Positions 1-9,786 of a stretch of 64,000 bases of DNA are shown in pieces (the first letter of the stretch is position 1; each line of letters begins with the position of its first letter). The position numbers and the translations under genes are program-made. A model generated the notes under the pieces. It worked only from the letters and a program-made list of their open reading frames with translations. It did no database searches and was not told the DNA's origin. The stretch is from a virus. Location of the stretch: IMG/VR virus record IMGVR_UViG_3300005002_000001; one strand, 5' to 3'.

Positions 1-1464
1 GGCATCTGAGATCATTCGATATTGATTCAGATACGTCTTGAGATTATCCTTGAGGGCGTCCGGACTCAGAATCAGATTCGAGTTTGAATCCCTAGAAATG
101 ACGAAGAGTTGGCTTGCAAGAGGATTGTTGGGATTCGAGCGGACCGCGGCTCTAAAGACTCTGCCGAAGTTAGACGGCATCGTGTAGACTCGAGCCAGCA
201 AATCCTCTTTTGTCACGATTCTAGATTGCGAATTTCTGACTTGAGGGATCAGCTGCTTGAGATCATCGATTAGCGGGGGATCTTCTCCTCCTGAGGCTCT
301 GACAGAGTTGGTGACGGTCACACTCGATCTGATCGTTGCGGCATCGGCCGCCGAAGGCGCTTGCGGAAATTCCATCAAGAGAGTCTGCACGTCAACGATC
401 GATCCCGGATCGACGTTATGATCCAGACCTCCGCCCCATCGGTAGATGACAGTCATGGTCGTGTTAGACGAAATGACTCCCAGGGTTTTCGTTTGCAACA
501 AACGATTGGGATCGAGCGAAGTGATAGGAAAAGTATTCTTTCCGTAAAGCGGCAAAGCGAATTCGCTAGGATCGGGAATGACATCATCGTCTAATGATTC
601 GGCCGTGCCGCCTCCGAAAGTAAGAGTCGTCAGACGAGTACCGAGATCGACGTCCCTTCTAAACCGATAAGGCGCAGGCAAGACGCTCAGATTTTCCTGG
701 ACGAGCTCGCCGTCTTCTCCCCTGTTCGTCACTCCTTTGAAAACAACATCGTCGGAAAGATCCTTGACTTCGTAGTAAATGTTTCCCTTAGAATCGTAAA
801 CACCGACCACTTGGGTGACATTGGGATTGTTAAGAGTGATTCGTCGGAACGGAATGAATTCGTTGCCGATGCTAAACTGTTCCTGTTCGTAGAATCCCGA
901 CAAGCACATGCCCGACAAAGTCAAAAGGAATGTGATGGGAATTCCTGTCGATGTCGAACGCCCAATAACTTGGCGTGCCACCAACTTACCAGCTTTGTCG
1001 ACCTTCGAAAAATCGATGTCTTCTAGAAGGTTGAAAAGAACGCCGTTGTCGGCTGCAGCGACTGTACCGCGTTTGACGATGGGCAGTAGATCGGATCGGG
1101 GCTTGTCGCTGTTGCCGGTTCTAACGGCAGCTACTTCGATGGTAAACTCAACGGGCACGACTGACGGCGAAGCGCCGACAATTTCCACTCCGGAGTTTGT
1201 CAGATGCTTTTCGATGTTGGCTGTCTCGACAGCCTGAGTCGGATCCAACTCTGAAAATTGGTGATCGAGGTAATACGAGGTGACATCACCGACATAGGCG
1301 GCAAAATCTAGAAACAATCCACCCATGCTCGAATCGGAAAAATCCTGGATTCGATCGGGGTAATAGATTCGAGCGTATTCTAGGAGGTCCTGCCTAAGGG
1401 AGTCGAACGTCTTGTTGAGATATTTTCTGTCCCGGACCTGCTTCTTGATCGACTCGTTGGGCAT
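1..1464 (-). CDS. Baseplate wedge protein, gp6 / Baseplate-J-like (3' end runs off the window)
   Basis: Translated by hand from the ATG at ~1464 down to position 1 with no stop; the ORF track lists nothing here because the stop is outside the window. N-terminus MPNESIKKQVRDRKYLNKTFDSLRQDLLEYARIYYPDRIQDFSESSMGGLFLDFAAYVGDVTSYY matches the Baseplate_J N-terminal pattern (adpG..llel.Ayl.D.lsYY.d). It lies next to the gp25-like gene. Confidence 0.55.
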   Translation of the reverse strand, partial: MPNESIKKQVRDRKYLNKTFDSLRQDLLEYARIYYPDRIQDFSDSSMGGLFLDFAAYVGDVTSYYLDHQFSELDPTQAVETANIEKHLTNSGVEIVGASPSVVPVEFTIEVAAVRTGNSDKPRSDLLPIVKRGTVAAADNGVLFNLLEDIDFSKVDKAGKLVARQVIGRSTSTGIPITFLLTLSGMCLSGFYEQEQFSIGNEFIPFRRITLNNPNVTQVVGVYDSKGNIYYEVKDLSDDVVFKGVTNRGEDGELVQENLSVLPAPYRFRRDVDLGTRLTTLTFGGGTAESLDDDVIPDPSEFALPLYGKNTFPITSLDPNRLLQTKTLGVISSNTTMTVIYRWGGGLDHNVDPGSIVDVQTLLMEFPQAPSAADAATIRSSVTVTNSVRASGGEDPPLIDDLKQLIPQVRNSQSRIVTKEDLLARVYTMPSNFGRVFRAAVRSNPNNPLASQLFVISRDSNSNLILSPDALKDNLKTYLNQYRMISDA

Positions 1465-1519
1465 ACTCTATCCTTATCTACGTCGAAGATAAGTATATCC
1501 CGCTCTCTTTATGGGTCTA

Positions 1520-1993
1520 TCAGATGATGAAGAGATCGATTTGCAGAGATCGAGGCAGGTCTTGCACACCCGCGACGGTATAAGTGATCGTCAGACGTAT
1601 CTTACCTGTCGATTTCCGAAATTGATTATCGATCGAAGAATCAAAATCGATGAGATTGACATAGGGCATCCATCGTTCGACAGCCACTTTGATCCTCGTC
1701 ATGGCCTCTTCTTCAAAAGAATCTTGAGTCACAATTTCTGTCGTCAACTCCTGCAGATTGGCTCCGAAGAAATACTGACCCAAACGTTCTCCCCAATTTG
1801 TCTGCACCAGGTTTCGAAGATTGTCAGCAATCTGATCGGCCAGCGATAGATGCATCTTGAAGATGCCTTCGCTTCTTTCACCGACTCTTAGAGGAGTGAC
1901 GATGCCCACCGGGATCTCGGCCGGAGTCTGGGCCAATTCTTCTGATCTGACCTGAGACGATGTTTTTCCGACGCTTTTGAAAGACCGAGCCAT
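1520..1993 (-). CDS. Baseplate wedge protein, gp25/GPW-like
   Basis: Motif NLVQTNWGERLGQYFFGANLQELTTE...IKVAVERWMPYVNL matches the GPW/gp25 signature (T..GER...P.FG..L..L.F....I...I...EPR). An AAGGATA RBS sits about 9 nt upstream. Adjacent to the gp6-like gene. Confidence 0.65.
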   Translation of the reverse strand: MARSFKSVGKTSSQVRSEELAQTPAEIPVGIVTPLRVGERSEGIFKMHLSLADQIADNLRNLVQTNWGERLGQYFFGANLQELTTEIVTQDSFEEEAMTRIKVAVERWMPYVNLIDFDSSIDNQFRKSTGKIRLTITYTVAGVQDLPRSLQIDLFII

Positions 1994-2008
1994 GGTATTA
2001 CGTATCCT

Positions 2009-2986
2009 TCAGGTCAGACCGACGAGGCTGGCGACGATTTTTACGAGAGCTCCGGTTCCCAACAGGCTACCGATCAGATCGCAGAGGATCATGCCGGCAA
2101 GATTCTTGACGATGATCGTCAAAGTCGCCGCGAGGAGGGTCAGCGGGGCCAAAAAGAGGTCCTTCAGAAGGGACAGAATGAAGTCAACAATGATCTTGAT
2201 GATCTTCAGAATGAGAGCTAGCGGATCGATATCGAGACTGATTTCACCGATAAGCTGCGGAAATATTACCAGCGGTAGTTTGAATATTCCCAAAACGAGG
2301 TCAGGAAGAAAAAAACTGGGCAATCCTGGATTGGGGACGGATGGAATCGGAGGCAGCGGAATCTCAGGAATGGGAGGTTTAGGGATGGGCGGCGCCAGAA
2401 TTAGAGGAACTAAATCGACTACCAATTTAGGGTCGCCGATGCCAAAATCTCCTAGCAATATTGCTTTGGCGGCCAGGCCGGGAAGTGGCAAGATCTGAGA
2501 TAAGTTTCCCAAGACGACAAGCTGGGCCAGAATGCCCGGTAAGTCAGGAATCTTCAAGCCTTGGAATTTCGGTTTTGTTAGATCCAAAAAGATCGTCGGA
2601 TCAAAGATGGGTCCCAGAGAGGTCTTACCATCAAGATTGAGCATCTTACAAAGAGGCTCATAGAATCCCGTGACAATCAATTTCTGATAAGCTCCGTCCG
2701 GGTTGAGGACGGCGGGAGCCGATAACAAAGCCCAGGGCTCCGGCTTGAACCAGAAGAGAGGAGAAGGTCCGTTGATCGAAGGCAGCGGCGGGCCCGGAAT
2801 CGGCAAGAGCGGAACGGGCAGCAAAGGATTGAATTTAGAGATGCCCATGCCGTTTTCGTTGCCGGCAACTTGCAAGGCCAAAACTTCCGTGCAAAAACGC
2901 TCTTTAGCTTTTTTGGTAAGCTTGCCATCATCACCGAACATGCCGGCGCCCGCCGGACCCAAAATCTTGTCTTGACCGACAGGCAT
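2009..2986 (-). CDS. Hypothetical Pro/Ile/Leu-rich protein with a hydrophobic C-terminus
   Basis: 325-aa ORF packed tightly between the gp25-like gene and the GIY-YIG gene. Contains PIPKPPIPEIPLPPIPSVPNPGLP repeats and a C-terminal transmembrane-like stretch. No family recognised. Confidence 0.4.
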   Translation of the reverse strand: MPVGQDKILGPAGAGMFGDDGKLTKKAKERFCTEVLALQVAGNENGMGISKFNPLLPVPLLPIPGPPLPSINGPSPLFWFKPEPWALLSAPAVLNPDGAYQKLIVTGFYEPLCKMLNLDGKTSLGPIFDPTIFLDLTKPKFQGLKIPDLPGILAQLVVLGNLSQILPLPGLAAKAILLGDFGIGDPKLVVDLVPLILAPPIPKPPIPEIPLPPIPSVPNPGLPSFFLPDLVLGIFKLPLVIFPQLIGEISLDIDPLALILKIIKIIVDFILSLLKDLFLAPLTLLAATLTIIVKNLAGMILCDLIGSLLGTGALVKIVASLVGLT

Positions 2987-3576
2987 TACGAAGAACCCTT
3001 TTTACGGCCCTTATTCCACGGGGTCGATCCCTTTTTGGATTCGCTGATTCGCCGTTTGTGATCTTCAGAAAATGGAGTCTTTGATCGACCTTTTAAAGCA
3101 TCGCTTCTTTTTCTGTTTGATTCTTCATCATGGGACTTCCCAGTCCAATAACCTTCGTGACCTTTAAGAGATTCGCTGATCCTCTGCTTGTGTTCTTCAG
3201 AAAGCTTGGATCCTTTTTTTGCTAGACTCATTTTCTGACGAGACTCGTCAGAAGTATATTGCCCGCCGTTTCTCATGTTATAGCCGTTTGGCCACGTCGT
3301 ATTGAGGTCAGATATGAATCTTTTTTCTGCTTCATCAAGCTCTTGGGATGTCAGACATTCTTGAAGAATGTGACCTTCGAAATTTTCTGATCCATATTGT
3401 CGAATCGCTTTATGAAATTCCCAAGTGCCTCCCTTTTTTGCTTGTTGTTTATGGCCCGACCAGCGTCGTTGTAGCGTGCAAACAGTTTGACCGATGTAAG
3501 ACATGCCGGTTGTATTGCAGGTCCACTTATAGATGATTCCGTATGGCATGTCAGTAATTATGCTCCGGTATTTCAC
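2986..3576 (-). CDS. GIY-YIG homing endonuclease with NUMOD3 repeats (Seg/I-TevI-like)
   Basis: N-terminus GIIYKWTCNTTGMSYIGQT...RRWSGHK...YNMRNGG carries the GIY-YIG motifs. The C-terminus has repeated SEEHKQRISESLKGH / SEDHKRRISESKKG NUMOD3-type DNA-binding repeats. Its start overlaps the stop of the upstream gene. Confidence 0.75.
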   Translation of the reverse strand: MKYRSIITDMPYGIIYKWTCNTTGMSYIGQTVCTLQRRWSGHKQQAKKGGTWEFHKAIRQYGSENFEGHILQECLTSQELDEAEKRFISDLNTTWPNGYNMRNGGQYTSDESRQKMSLAKKGSKLSEEHKQRISESLKGHEGYWTGKSHDEESNRKRSDALKGRSKTPFSEDHKRRISESKKGSTPWNKGRKKGSS

Positions 3577-4970
3577 TTAGCCATGACTTTCGTGGCGATG
3601 ATACCGTGGGCACCACCCATCGCAAAAACTCCACCCATAGTTGTGATGAGCGGAGGGGCCGAAACTGTTCCTCCTCCATTGACCGCGCCGGCGTTGGTGC
3701 AGATGAGAGCCTTATCGGCGTCATCTCCTCCGAGCTTGATGATACCTTTGCTGGACGGAACAAAGATAATATCTCCGCTTTCCTTGATGACGATTGCGGC
3801 ACACTCGTCTTCCGGAGAATCAAATTTGGGTTGAACAAGGATGCGAATTTCCTTGCGAGCGATGAGTCTGAGATGATCGGCTTTAGCTACGATGGCCGAA
3901 GCTTCGGCTCCCTTTTTGAGAGGAGCTTCGAGGCCCTTCGTCTTGATGGCAAAATTGTCATCGGCGGCCGTCTTCATCGACACATAGATTCGAGCTAGGT
4001 CATTTTCAAAGTCAGGATCGCCTTCCTTTTCATTGTCCTCCCTCTTTTCTACTTCATCATTTTTGAGGGTGTTCTGAACCTTCTTGGGCTTGCTTTTGCT
4101 AGGCTCTTGTCCTCGCCCGACGACGATATCGATCGTGCCGGCTTTCTTTTTGACGTCCTTTTCGGGCTTGCCTTTAGCTCTCTTGCCTTTTCTTGTCTTG
4201 GCGTCGGGATTAGTCTCCGTTTCGGCTGCCGACGAAGTACGATCAGTGCCCAAAACTATCAACGTATTGTTGCTACCTTGAATAGCATGATCTCCCGGGC
4301 GGGCCGTAAACCTAGGAACTTCTTCAAAATCCGTCAATTTGCCGGCGTCAGAATCCTGGATGATCTGTTCGAATTCGTCTTCTTTGCCGTTGATCGTCGC
4401 AGTAGAAGATTGGACGATCGGTCCTTCTTTGCCTTTGATTAGCGCGCCATTGGCGAACGTCGGAGGCTCGCCCGCTTTAGTAGTAGTATCAAGTTTGCGA
4501 TCGGCGTGCGTCAGGTTGAGATCGTCGATATCCCTGGGTTCTGTCACGCGGCAGACCCAATACCCGTATTCGATATTGGCTTTAGAATTGTCCTTGAAAA
4601 CCCAGATCCTTTCTCCCGCCTTGATGGGAAGGATCATGTGCGGAGGAAAGAACGGAAAGAAAATTTCGTTCTGATTCGAGCTAGCTCCATCGTTGACCAT
4701 GGTCGCGATGATAGAATGCCTAGGCATGCGCTCGAGATATGTCTTTTGGCTGGGATTCAAATTCGAATGAAATTCCAGCTCAGCTATCCGATCCTTATCG
4801 AGAAGAGTCGGATCATAAAACACTTCTCTGACGACGGCTTGCTGAAAGGCCGGCAGAGGAGGCTGTTGCGGGATGCTAGATTCTAGCTGCCTCTGCTGAC
4901 CAATGAGTTCAGAGCCAGGCTGTGCAGCGATCTCGTGCTGCCTATTTGAAGAGTAATCGTTCTTATCCAT
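3573..4970 (-). CDS. Putative baseplate hub / central spike protein (gp5/gp27/VgrG-like OB-fold)
   Basis: N-terminal region AVVREVFYDP...LPIKAGERIWVFKDNS...YWVCRV resembles the gp5/VgrG OB-fold (vGvV.dv.DP...GRvrVr...P..G..V.v.F.dGd). The middle is Lys/Glu-rich low complexity and the C-terminus is Gly-rich. No lysozyme domain seen. The gene sits in the baseplate cluster. Confidence 0.4.
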   Translation of the reverse strand: MDKNDYSSNRQHEIAAQPGSELIGQQRQLESSIPQQPPLPAFQQAVVREVFYDPTLLDKDRIAELEFHSNLNPSQKTYLERMPRHSIIATMVNDGASSNQNEIFFPFFPPHMILPIKAGERIWVFKDNSKANIEYGYWVCRVTEPRDIDDLNLTHADRKLDTTTKAGEPPTFANGALIKGKEGPIVQSSTATINGKEDEFEQIIQDSDAGKLTDFEEVPRFTARPGDHAIQGSNNTLIVLGTDRTSSAAETETNPDAKTRKGKRAKGKPEKDVKKKAGTIDIVVGRGQEPSKSKPKKVQNTLKNDEVEKREDNEKEGDPDFENDLARIYVSMKTAADDNFAIKTKGLEAPLKKGAEASAIVAKADHLRLIARKEIRILVQPKFDSPEDECAAIVIKESGDIIFVPSSKGIIKLGGDDADKALICTNAGAVNGGGTVSAPPLITTMGGVFAMGGAHGIIATKVMAK

Positions 4971-4998
4971 CCGATTCTCTTATATGTAAGCCGCTCGG

Positions 4999-5376
4999 CT
5001 ATTTCCCTTCTATCTTTCGGAAGAGGTCCTCAGCGTCGATTTTTCCATTCTTGGTATCGGCAGCTTGCAGAAGCTCGGCCAATTTCGTCAATTGATCATT
5101 GGCTCGACTCATGCGCTCGAGATACTTGACGATCGTCGCGCCATGAATCGCATGGGCGGCAGCGTCGTTGGAAACGACCTGATAGAGCTTCATGAACATG
5201 ATGTATGAGTTTTCTCGGTCTGTGACCGCGTTCTCATAAATCTCCTTCCACAAGCTCTTCTTCTTGTCTTCGATGGTCTCGATATCATTGAGAAGTTTTG
5301 AGAATGAATCGAACTTTCCCTTGATTCGTTCTTTGCTTTCTTCTTGCAGCTTTTCGAAATCGACTTCGTCAGACAT
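4999..5376 (-). CDS. Hypothetical protein
   Basis: 125-aa ORF, charged and helical, tightly packed between flanking genes. No recognisable motif. Confidence 0.35.
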   Translation of the reverse strand: MSDEVDFEKLQEESKERIKGKFDSFSKLLNDIETIEDKKKSLWKEIYENAVTDRENSYIMFMKLYQVVSNDAAAHAIHGATIVKYLERMSRANDQLTKLAELLQAADTKNGKIDAEDLFRKIEGK

Positions 5377-5382
5377 GGTTCC

Positions 5383-6162
5383 TCAGATCTTATACTTCGA
5401 ATCCATTCGAAGCCGTCGATAGTGTTTTTTGATGATTTGCATCGTCATCGTTAGTTGCTTCGGATTGAGTCCTGAAAGCTCTCTCATATAGAGAAGGACG
5501 GCGCTCTTATTCAAAAGATCGATATTGTCGATGTTCTGAAAGACTGTAATGATCGCGTTGATACAGACTTTTTCGTTGTCTGTCTTGGCTTTGTCCTTTA
5601 TATCATTGAGGAGATCCAGGATGTTTTCGGCCGTGTTCTTATTTTCGATCATCGCTTCTTGCGAAGGGACAGTATTCCATTCCTCGATCGTTCCCAGGTC
5701 TCTCATCGAAAGACCGGTAACATCATCCATGCTGATATTCTTCTTGATCTTGGCTGCCTTCTGTTTTGTCTTGATGATCAACCAATTTTTGGCGACGACA
5801 TTGAAATATGAGAAGGCGTTCGATCCTCGCGTCGGATCGAACTTAGTGATGGTCTCAAAAAGAAAGTTGACACAATCGTTTTTAAGATCATCGTATGAGT
5901 CGTAAAGGCTCGAAAATTTGTGAATGTTGATCAGATTTTCGACTAACTTGCTGAACGCTGGCAGAATGCGAGTGACGTACAACTGCTCTCGAACCTTCTT
6001 TTCGAGGTTAGCAGATTGCTGGTATTCGACGATCGCGGCGTGCGTGTCCCTGTTGAAGTAAAGTCGAAGTTCTCGACCTTCCCCGTCGCCGCCTTCCTTT
6101 CTTCTTCTGATCTTTCTGATAGGCTTTTTCTGCTCAGTCATTATGTGGCTCGAGAGGATCAC
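5383..6162 (-). CDS. gp55-like late-transcription sigma factor
   Basis: Core FDPTRGSNAFSYFNVVAKNWLIIKTKQKAAKIKK aligns with T4 gp55 [30 protein letters not shown]. The surrounding helices are also similar. Fits the T4-like gene content of the window. Confidence 0.5.
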   Translation of the reverse strand: MILSSHIMTEQKKPIRKIRRRKEGGDGEGRELRLYFNRDTHAAIVEYQQSANLEKKVREQLYVTRILPAFSKLVENLINIHKFSSLYDSYDDLKNDCVNFLFETITKFDPTRGSNAFSYFNVVAKNWLIIKTKQKAAKIKKNISMDDVTGLSMRDLGTIEEWNTVPSQEAMIENKNTAENILDLLNDIKDKAKTDNEKVCINAIITVFQNIDNIDLLNKSAVLLYMRELSGLNPKQLTMTMQIIKKHYRRLRMDSKYKI

Positions 6163-6494
6163 TCCTCTTCTTCTTTCTTCGATCCTGAGAACTCCGAAAT
6201 CTTGTTAGCGATCAGCAACAGGCCTGAGTGCGCCTTCTTGATAGAAGTTAGTGTCTGTTTGACGACCGGGTCATCGTAAAAGACAGGAGTGTCTAGCACT
6301 TTGCCGATCTCACGATAGCTGGAGTCAATTATGTCCAACGATTCTTCTACCTGTTCTTCGAGGTCATACACTAGATTTGTCAATCTAGATGTAGCCCAGA
6401 CCCCGATCGCGATGGACGCCACGAGAAGAACAGACAGTACTACGATGATGATCGTTTCGATCATACTAGTTTGTCTCCCACCAATTCCTCCCAC
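6159..6494 (-). CDS. Small membrane protein (hypothetical)
   Basis: N-terminal transmembrane helix MIETIIIVVLSVLLVASIAIGVWA. Overlaps neighbouring genes at both ends; the start may be internal. Confidence 0.3.
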   Translation of the reverse strand: MGGIGGRQTSMIETIIIVVLSVLLVASIAIGVWATSRLTNLVYDLEEQVEESLDIIDSSYREIGKVLDTPVFYDDPVVKQTLTSIKKAHSGLLLIANKISEFSGSKKEEEE

Positions 6495-7615
6495 TTGTTG
6501 GCGACGGCCTCGAAGCTAAAGGACTGGTGAACTTTCTTTTGCAGCTCGGCCGCCCATTCCCTGGGAACGGAAGAGCTATCTCTAAACTTCTTGATCCGAC
6601 GTTTAAAGTCGTCTTCGACGACTTCGGCCCATCTAGATCCCTTCATGAAGATCTTGTTGTCGACTCGAGAAGGATCGATCTCTTTAAGCTCGTAATCGAT
6701 GTTGACAAATTTGCCCATCTGCATGAAATCCATGTGTCCGGACCAATTGGTCGCGATGACTGGCAATCCCGAAGCAGCTGCTTCCAAGATGGGAAGTCCA
6801 AATCCTTCTCCTCTCGTCAAAGTGACGAGAGCCTTGATCTTGGGATGTCTGTATAGGCCGGCGACGTCGTCGTCCGTCATCATGCCATGAATCAGATGGA
6901 ATTTCGGATTGGGGCCCGGTCGAGCCTCCTTGAGGATCTGCTTGAACATGTCGGTACAGATCTTTTTGTCGATCTTCGTCATGCGGCCGGTGTTCGTCTT
7001 GATGACGATTCCCACTTGCGAATCGTTTTTGAAAACATCGCACAGCCACTTGATCGTCCAAAAGATGTTTTTGCGATCGTTCCTCGGGTTGTTGCCGGTC
7101 AGCTGACCGAAGACGAGGAAGTTAAAGGGAGTCGAAATGTCGATGTCCACGGGCGGAACATCCTTGGCGCATGCATCAGCAAACGATTCCGGAATGACGA
7201 TGACAGGCTTTTCGATCTTGCCCGACGCTATCAAAACTTTCTTGGTGTGCTCGCTGGGGACGACGACCAGGTCCATTCGATTGCAGCACGGAATCCATTC
7301 AGGATTGCAACGATCAGTCTCGACGGCGGCTGTGACTCCCACGTTGAAGTGGCCGAGCTCGGCTTTCCATTCGTTAGGCAGCTGCAATTGGAACGTGACG
7401 TCGTGCACCGGTCGTTGGATGTTTGTTCGATCCATCAATTGTTTGATCAGACCGTCTTCTCGATCGGGATCGATGATCCAAGGAGTGTCTCCCCAGGGAA
7501 GAGTCTGCACCGATAGTTCGACGGGCTTTTGAAGCAACCAACGGGCGATTTGTCGCGCATGCACGCCGTAACCCGATTCAGTCAGGACAGGTGCTCTAAG
7601 AAGGACTGATTTCAT
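6461..7615 (-). CDS. Glycosyltransferase family 1 (GT4-like, GT-B fold)
   Basis: Motif EGFGLPILEAAASGLPVIATNWSGHMDFM is the GT4 E-x7-E / nucleotide-sugar binding signature. Confidence 0.7.
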   Translation of the reverse strand: MKSVLLRAPVLTESGYGVHARQIARWLLQKPVELSVQTLPWGDTPWIIDPDREDGLIKQLMDRTNIQRPVHDVTFQLQLPNEWKAELGHFNVGVTAAVETDRCNPEWIPCCNRMDLVVVPSEHTKKVLIASGKIEKPVIVIPESFADACAKDVPPVDIDISTPFNFLVFGQLTGNNPRNDRKNIFWTIKWLCDVFKNDSQVGIVIKTNTGRMTKIDKKICTDMFKQILKEARPGPNPKFHLIHGMMTDDDVAGLYRHPKIKALVTLTRGEGFGLPILEAAASGLPVIATNWSGHMDFMQMGKFVNIDYELKEIDPSRVDNKIFMKGSRWAEVVEDDFKRRIKKFRDSSSVPREWAAELQKKVHQSFSFEAVANKWEELVGDKLV

Positions 7616-7627
7616 CGATAATTCCTA

Positions 7628-8869
7628 TCAGAGTGAAGTGACAGACCACTGTCGTCTGTTTGATTCCCATTTTTCGAAAGTCTTGCTCAGCGTCTCATCC
7701 CAAGACTTGATCAGACGATCCATAGAAAATTCTTCTCGAGAATATTCAAGTGCCTTCATTCCGAGTTGCGCCCTTTTTTCTGGGCCATACTCGTACATTT
7801 CTGTCAAGGCTTTTGCAAAGGTCTCATGAGAGACAAAGTCTTCAAAAATGTACGGTACCAACTGAGAACCGACGAGGGATCGCACGTCGGGATCGAGACC
7901 GATTCCGTTGTGGCTGCCGTCTCGATGATCGACGACTTGCCGAGTCATGCCGCCAGTCTTGAGTGCGATGATAGGCGTCGCTGTCATCATACTTTCCAGC
8001 ATCGACAGTCCGAAGCCTTCGTTAGAAGATCTAGAAATCGTCACATCAGCACAGTTATAAAGCGCATTCATGTGATTGAATTCGTATCGATCTTTTGAGA
8101 AGATAACGTGATTCTGCATGCCCAACATATTGACGACATGGATCAGATTCGGACCTTCTTGATCTTGAGGATCTGTGTGCATCACGAGAAGGCCTTTTTT
8201 ATAACCATACTTTTTTTCCATGTCATCTAGGAACATCTTCCAGGAATAGATGACATCGCTCGGCATCTTGCGGCGGGCGTTACGACTGACCCATAGCGCG
8301 ATAAACGTATCGGTGGGCCGCCCCTGCAAGAGAGTCTCTCTGTGTTTCTTGATTTCGTCCTTCTTCATCGGGTAGAAGAGATCAGAAGGCACAGCATGCG
8401 GAACGAAGTTCGTCCTATCCGGAAACCAGTCCTTGCAGAACTCGTACGTCGGGTAGTTGATGCAATTGATAAGGTCGGTCGACTCGTAGAGGACCTTGTT
8501 GAATTCGGGAGCCGGCGGATTGTCCCAGAGGTGATTGTAGACGATGGGGCAGACTTGGTGAATCTCGTCTTCCATCTCCCACACCCAGATAAAGAATCTG
8601 GGATCGGTAAACAGCATCAATGCGTCGGGCTTTTCTTGAGCCAACGCCAGTCTAACGAGATTACGGTCTCCGAATCCATCGGTCGGTTTGATGATGAAAT
8701 CATCGTCGACAATGACTTGGTTGTAGTTGTCGTGCTTGATCGCCCCGCCGAAGCAGACGAAGCTATACTTTCCTGTGGCGACCAACCCCTTGATTAGATA
8801 ACGAGCCTGCGTTCCGACTCCGGAGGTCGACAGTGGATGATCGCTAAGTAGAAGTATCTTCTTCTTCAT
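7628..8869 (-). CDS. Glycosyltransferase family 1 (GT4-like)
   Basis: Motif NEGFGLSMLESMMTATPIIALKTGGMTRQVV matches the GT-B C-terminal domain signature. Confidence 0.7.
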   Translation of the reverse strand: MKKKILLLSDHPLSTSGVGTQARYLIKGLVATGKYSFVCFGGAIKHDNYNQVIVDDDFIIKPTDGFGDRNLVRLALAQEKPDALMLFTDPRFFIWVWEMEDEIHQVCPIVYNHLWDNPPAPEFNKVLYESTDLINCINYPTYEFCKDWFPDRTNFVPHAVPSDLFYPMKKDEIKKHRETLLQGRPTDTFIALWVSRNARRKMPSDVIYSWKMFLDDMEKKYGYKKGLLVMHTDPQDQEGPNLIHVVNMLGMQNHVIFSKDRYEFNHMNALYNCADVTISRSSNEGFGLSMLESMMTATPIIALKTGGMTRQVVDHRDGSHNGIGLDPDVRSLVGSQLVPYIFEDFVSHETFAKALTEMYEYGPEKRAQLGMKALEYSREEFSMDRLIKSWDETLSKTFEKWESNRRQWSVTSL

Positions 8870-8924
8870 TATCGTTAGAATTTAAGTCTTTCCTAACGAC
8901 TGTATATAGCGACCTACACGACCA

Positions 8925-9734
8925 TCATTTGCAGTGTTCCGTTTGGTAGAAATCACAGTATTTGCAGGAGTTTCTGTTCTTGAGAACAATTCCCCGCTTC
9001 ATTCCTGAGATGGTGTTGTTAAGGATCTTGAGGGATCGGCCGATAGCGACGGGACCAACGGAGATAGGCAATAGTTCGCACAGATCTCCCTTGCCTGACT
9101 TTTTCAAGATGACAAAGCCACATCGGATGTCCTTAGGATCGACACCATGTTTGACAGACCAAAAGTGCTTGTAGAGGATAATCTGGGATTGTACCATCGG
9201 GTCGGATTTCTTCTGCGGGCTCCACCCCCAAGCCGAAGTCTTCCAGTCGATGATCCAAATGAATTTCTTGACCTTGTTTCGTACTTTGGTCGGCACGACA
9301 AGGACGCCGTCGATGAGACCCTTGAATTTGACGTCAGACTTGTCGACGTTCTCATAAAGAAGCTCCTCAGCCGCCATGTATTCCCAGCCCGGAAACTTTT
9401 TTTCTAGGAAGCCCGGGACCTGAGACATGATTTGGGCAGCGACTTCCAACAGCTTGTCTTTTTCGGACGTTTCGAATCCAGGCTTGCCAGCGTGAGTCTC
9501 CCACGACTTATCAAGAGCTGCCTTGATGATTGACAGATCGACTACCCTCGTCTTGAGATAATGTTCGCAACCCGAGTGAACCGCCGTTCCAAAATCGAGG
9601 ATCGGACTTGGTTCGAACATATCGATCTGATCGATGTATTTGAGCTTGTGACGGTGTGGGCATTCGGTCCACTCTCTAATTTCGCTGAAAGAAACGTGTG
9701 GTTTTTTGGTGGGGAGTAAGGAAGACATTTGCAA
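8925..9734 (-). CDS. PD-(D/E)XK nuclease, Cas4/RecB-exonuclease-like, with a four-Cys cluster
   Basis: N-terminal Cys (ECPHRH) plus a C-terminal CKYCDFYQTEHC (C-x2-C-x7-C) triad is the Cas4/DUF83 Fe-S arrangement. Core IIDWKTS fits D..(D/E)xK. A minus-strand TATAAATA (plus-strand 9774-9781) lies about 40 nt upstream of the start. Confidence 0.55.
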   Translation of the reverse strand: MQMSSLLPTKKPHVSFSEIREWTECPHRHKLKYIDQIDMFEPSPILDFGTAVHSGCEHYLKTRVVDLSIIKAALDKSWETHAGKPGFETSEKDKLLEVAAQIMSQVPGFLEKKFPGWEYMAAEELLYENVDKSDVKFKGLIDGVLVVPTKVRNKVKKFIWIIDWKTSAWGWSPQKKSDPMVQSQIILYKHFWSVKHGVDPKDIRCGFVILKKSGKGDLCELLPISVGPVAIGRSLKILNNTISGMKRGIVLKNRNSCKYCDFYQTEHCK

Positions 9735-9786
9735 TGATTGTAACCCACAGACCTATACTAGTGTAGAATCGTCTATTTATAGATCA

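Noticed and set aside
2677-2934. Numerous short ORFs overlapping long genes on the opposite strand or in other frames (e.g. 2677..2934, 6684..7061, 12049..12528, 41935..42486, 50202..50399)
   Set aside because: They lie wholly inside long ORFs that carry recognisable domains. They have biased Arg/Ser/Pro composition typical of shadow frames and no RBS or coupling signals. Treated as non-coding.
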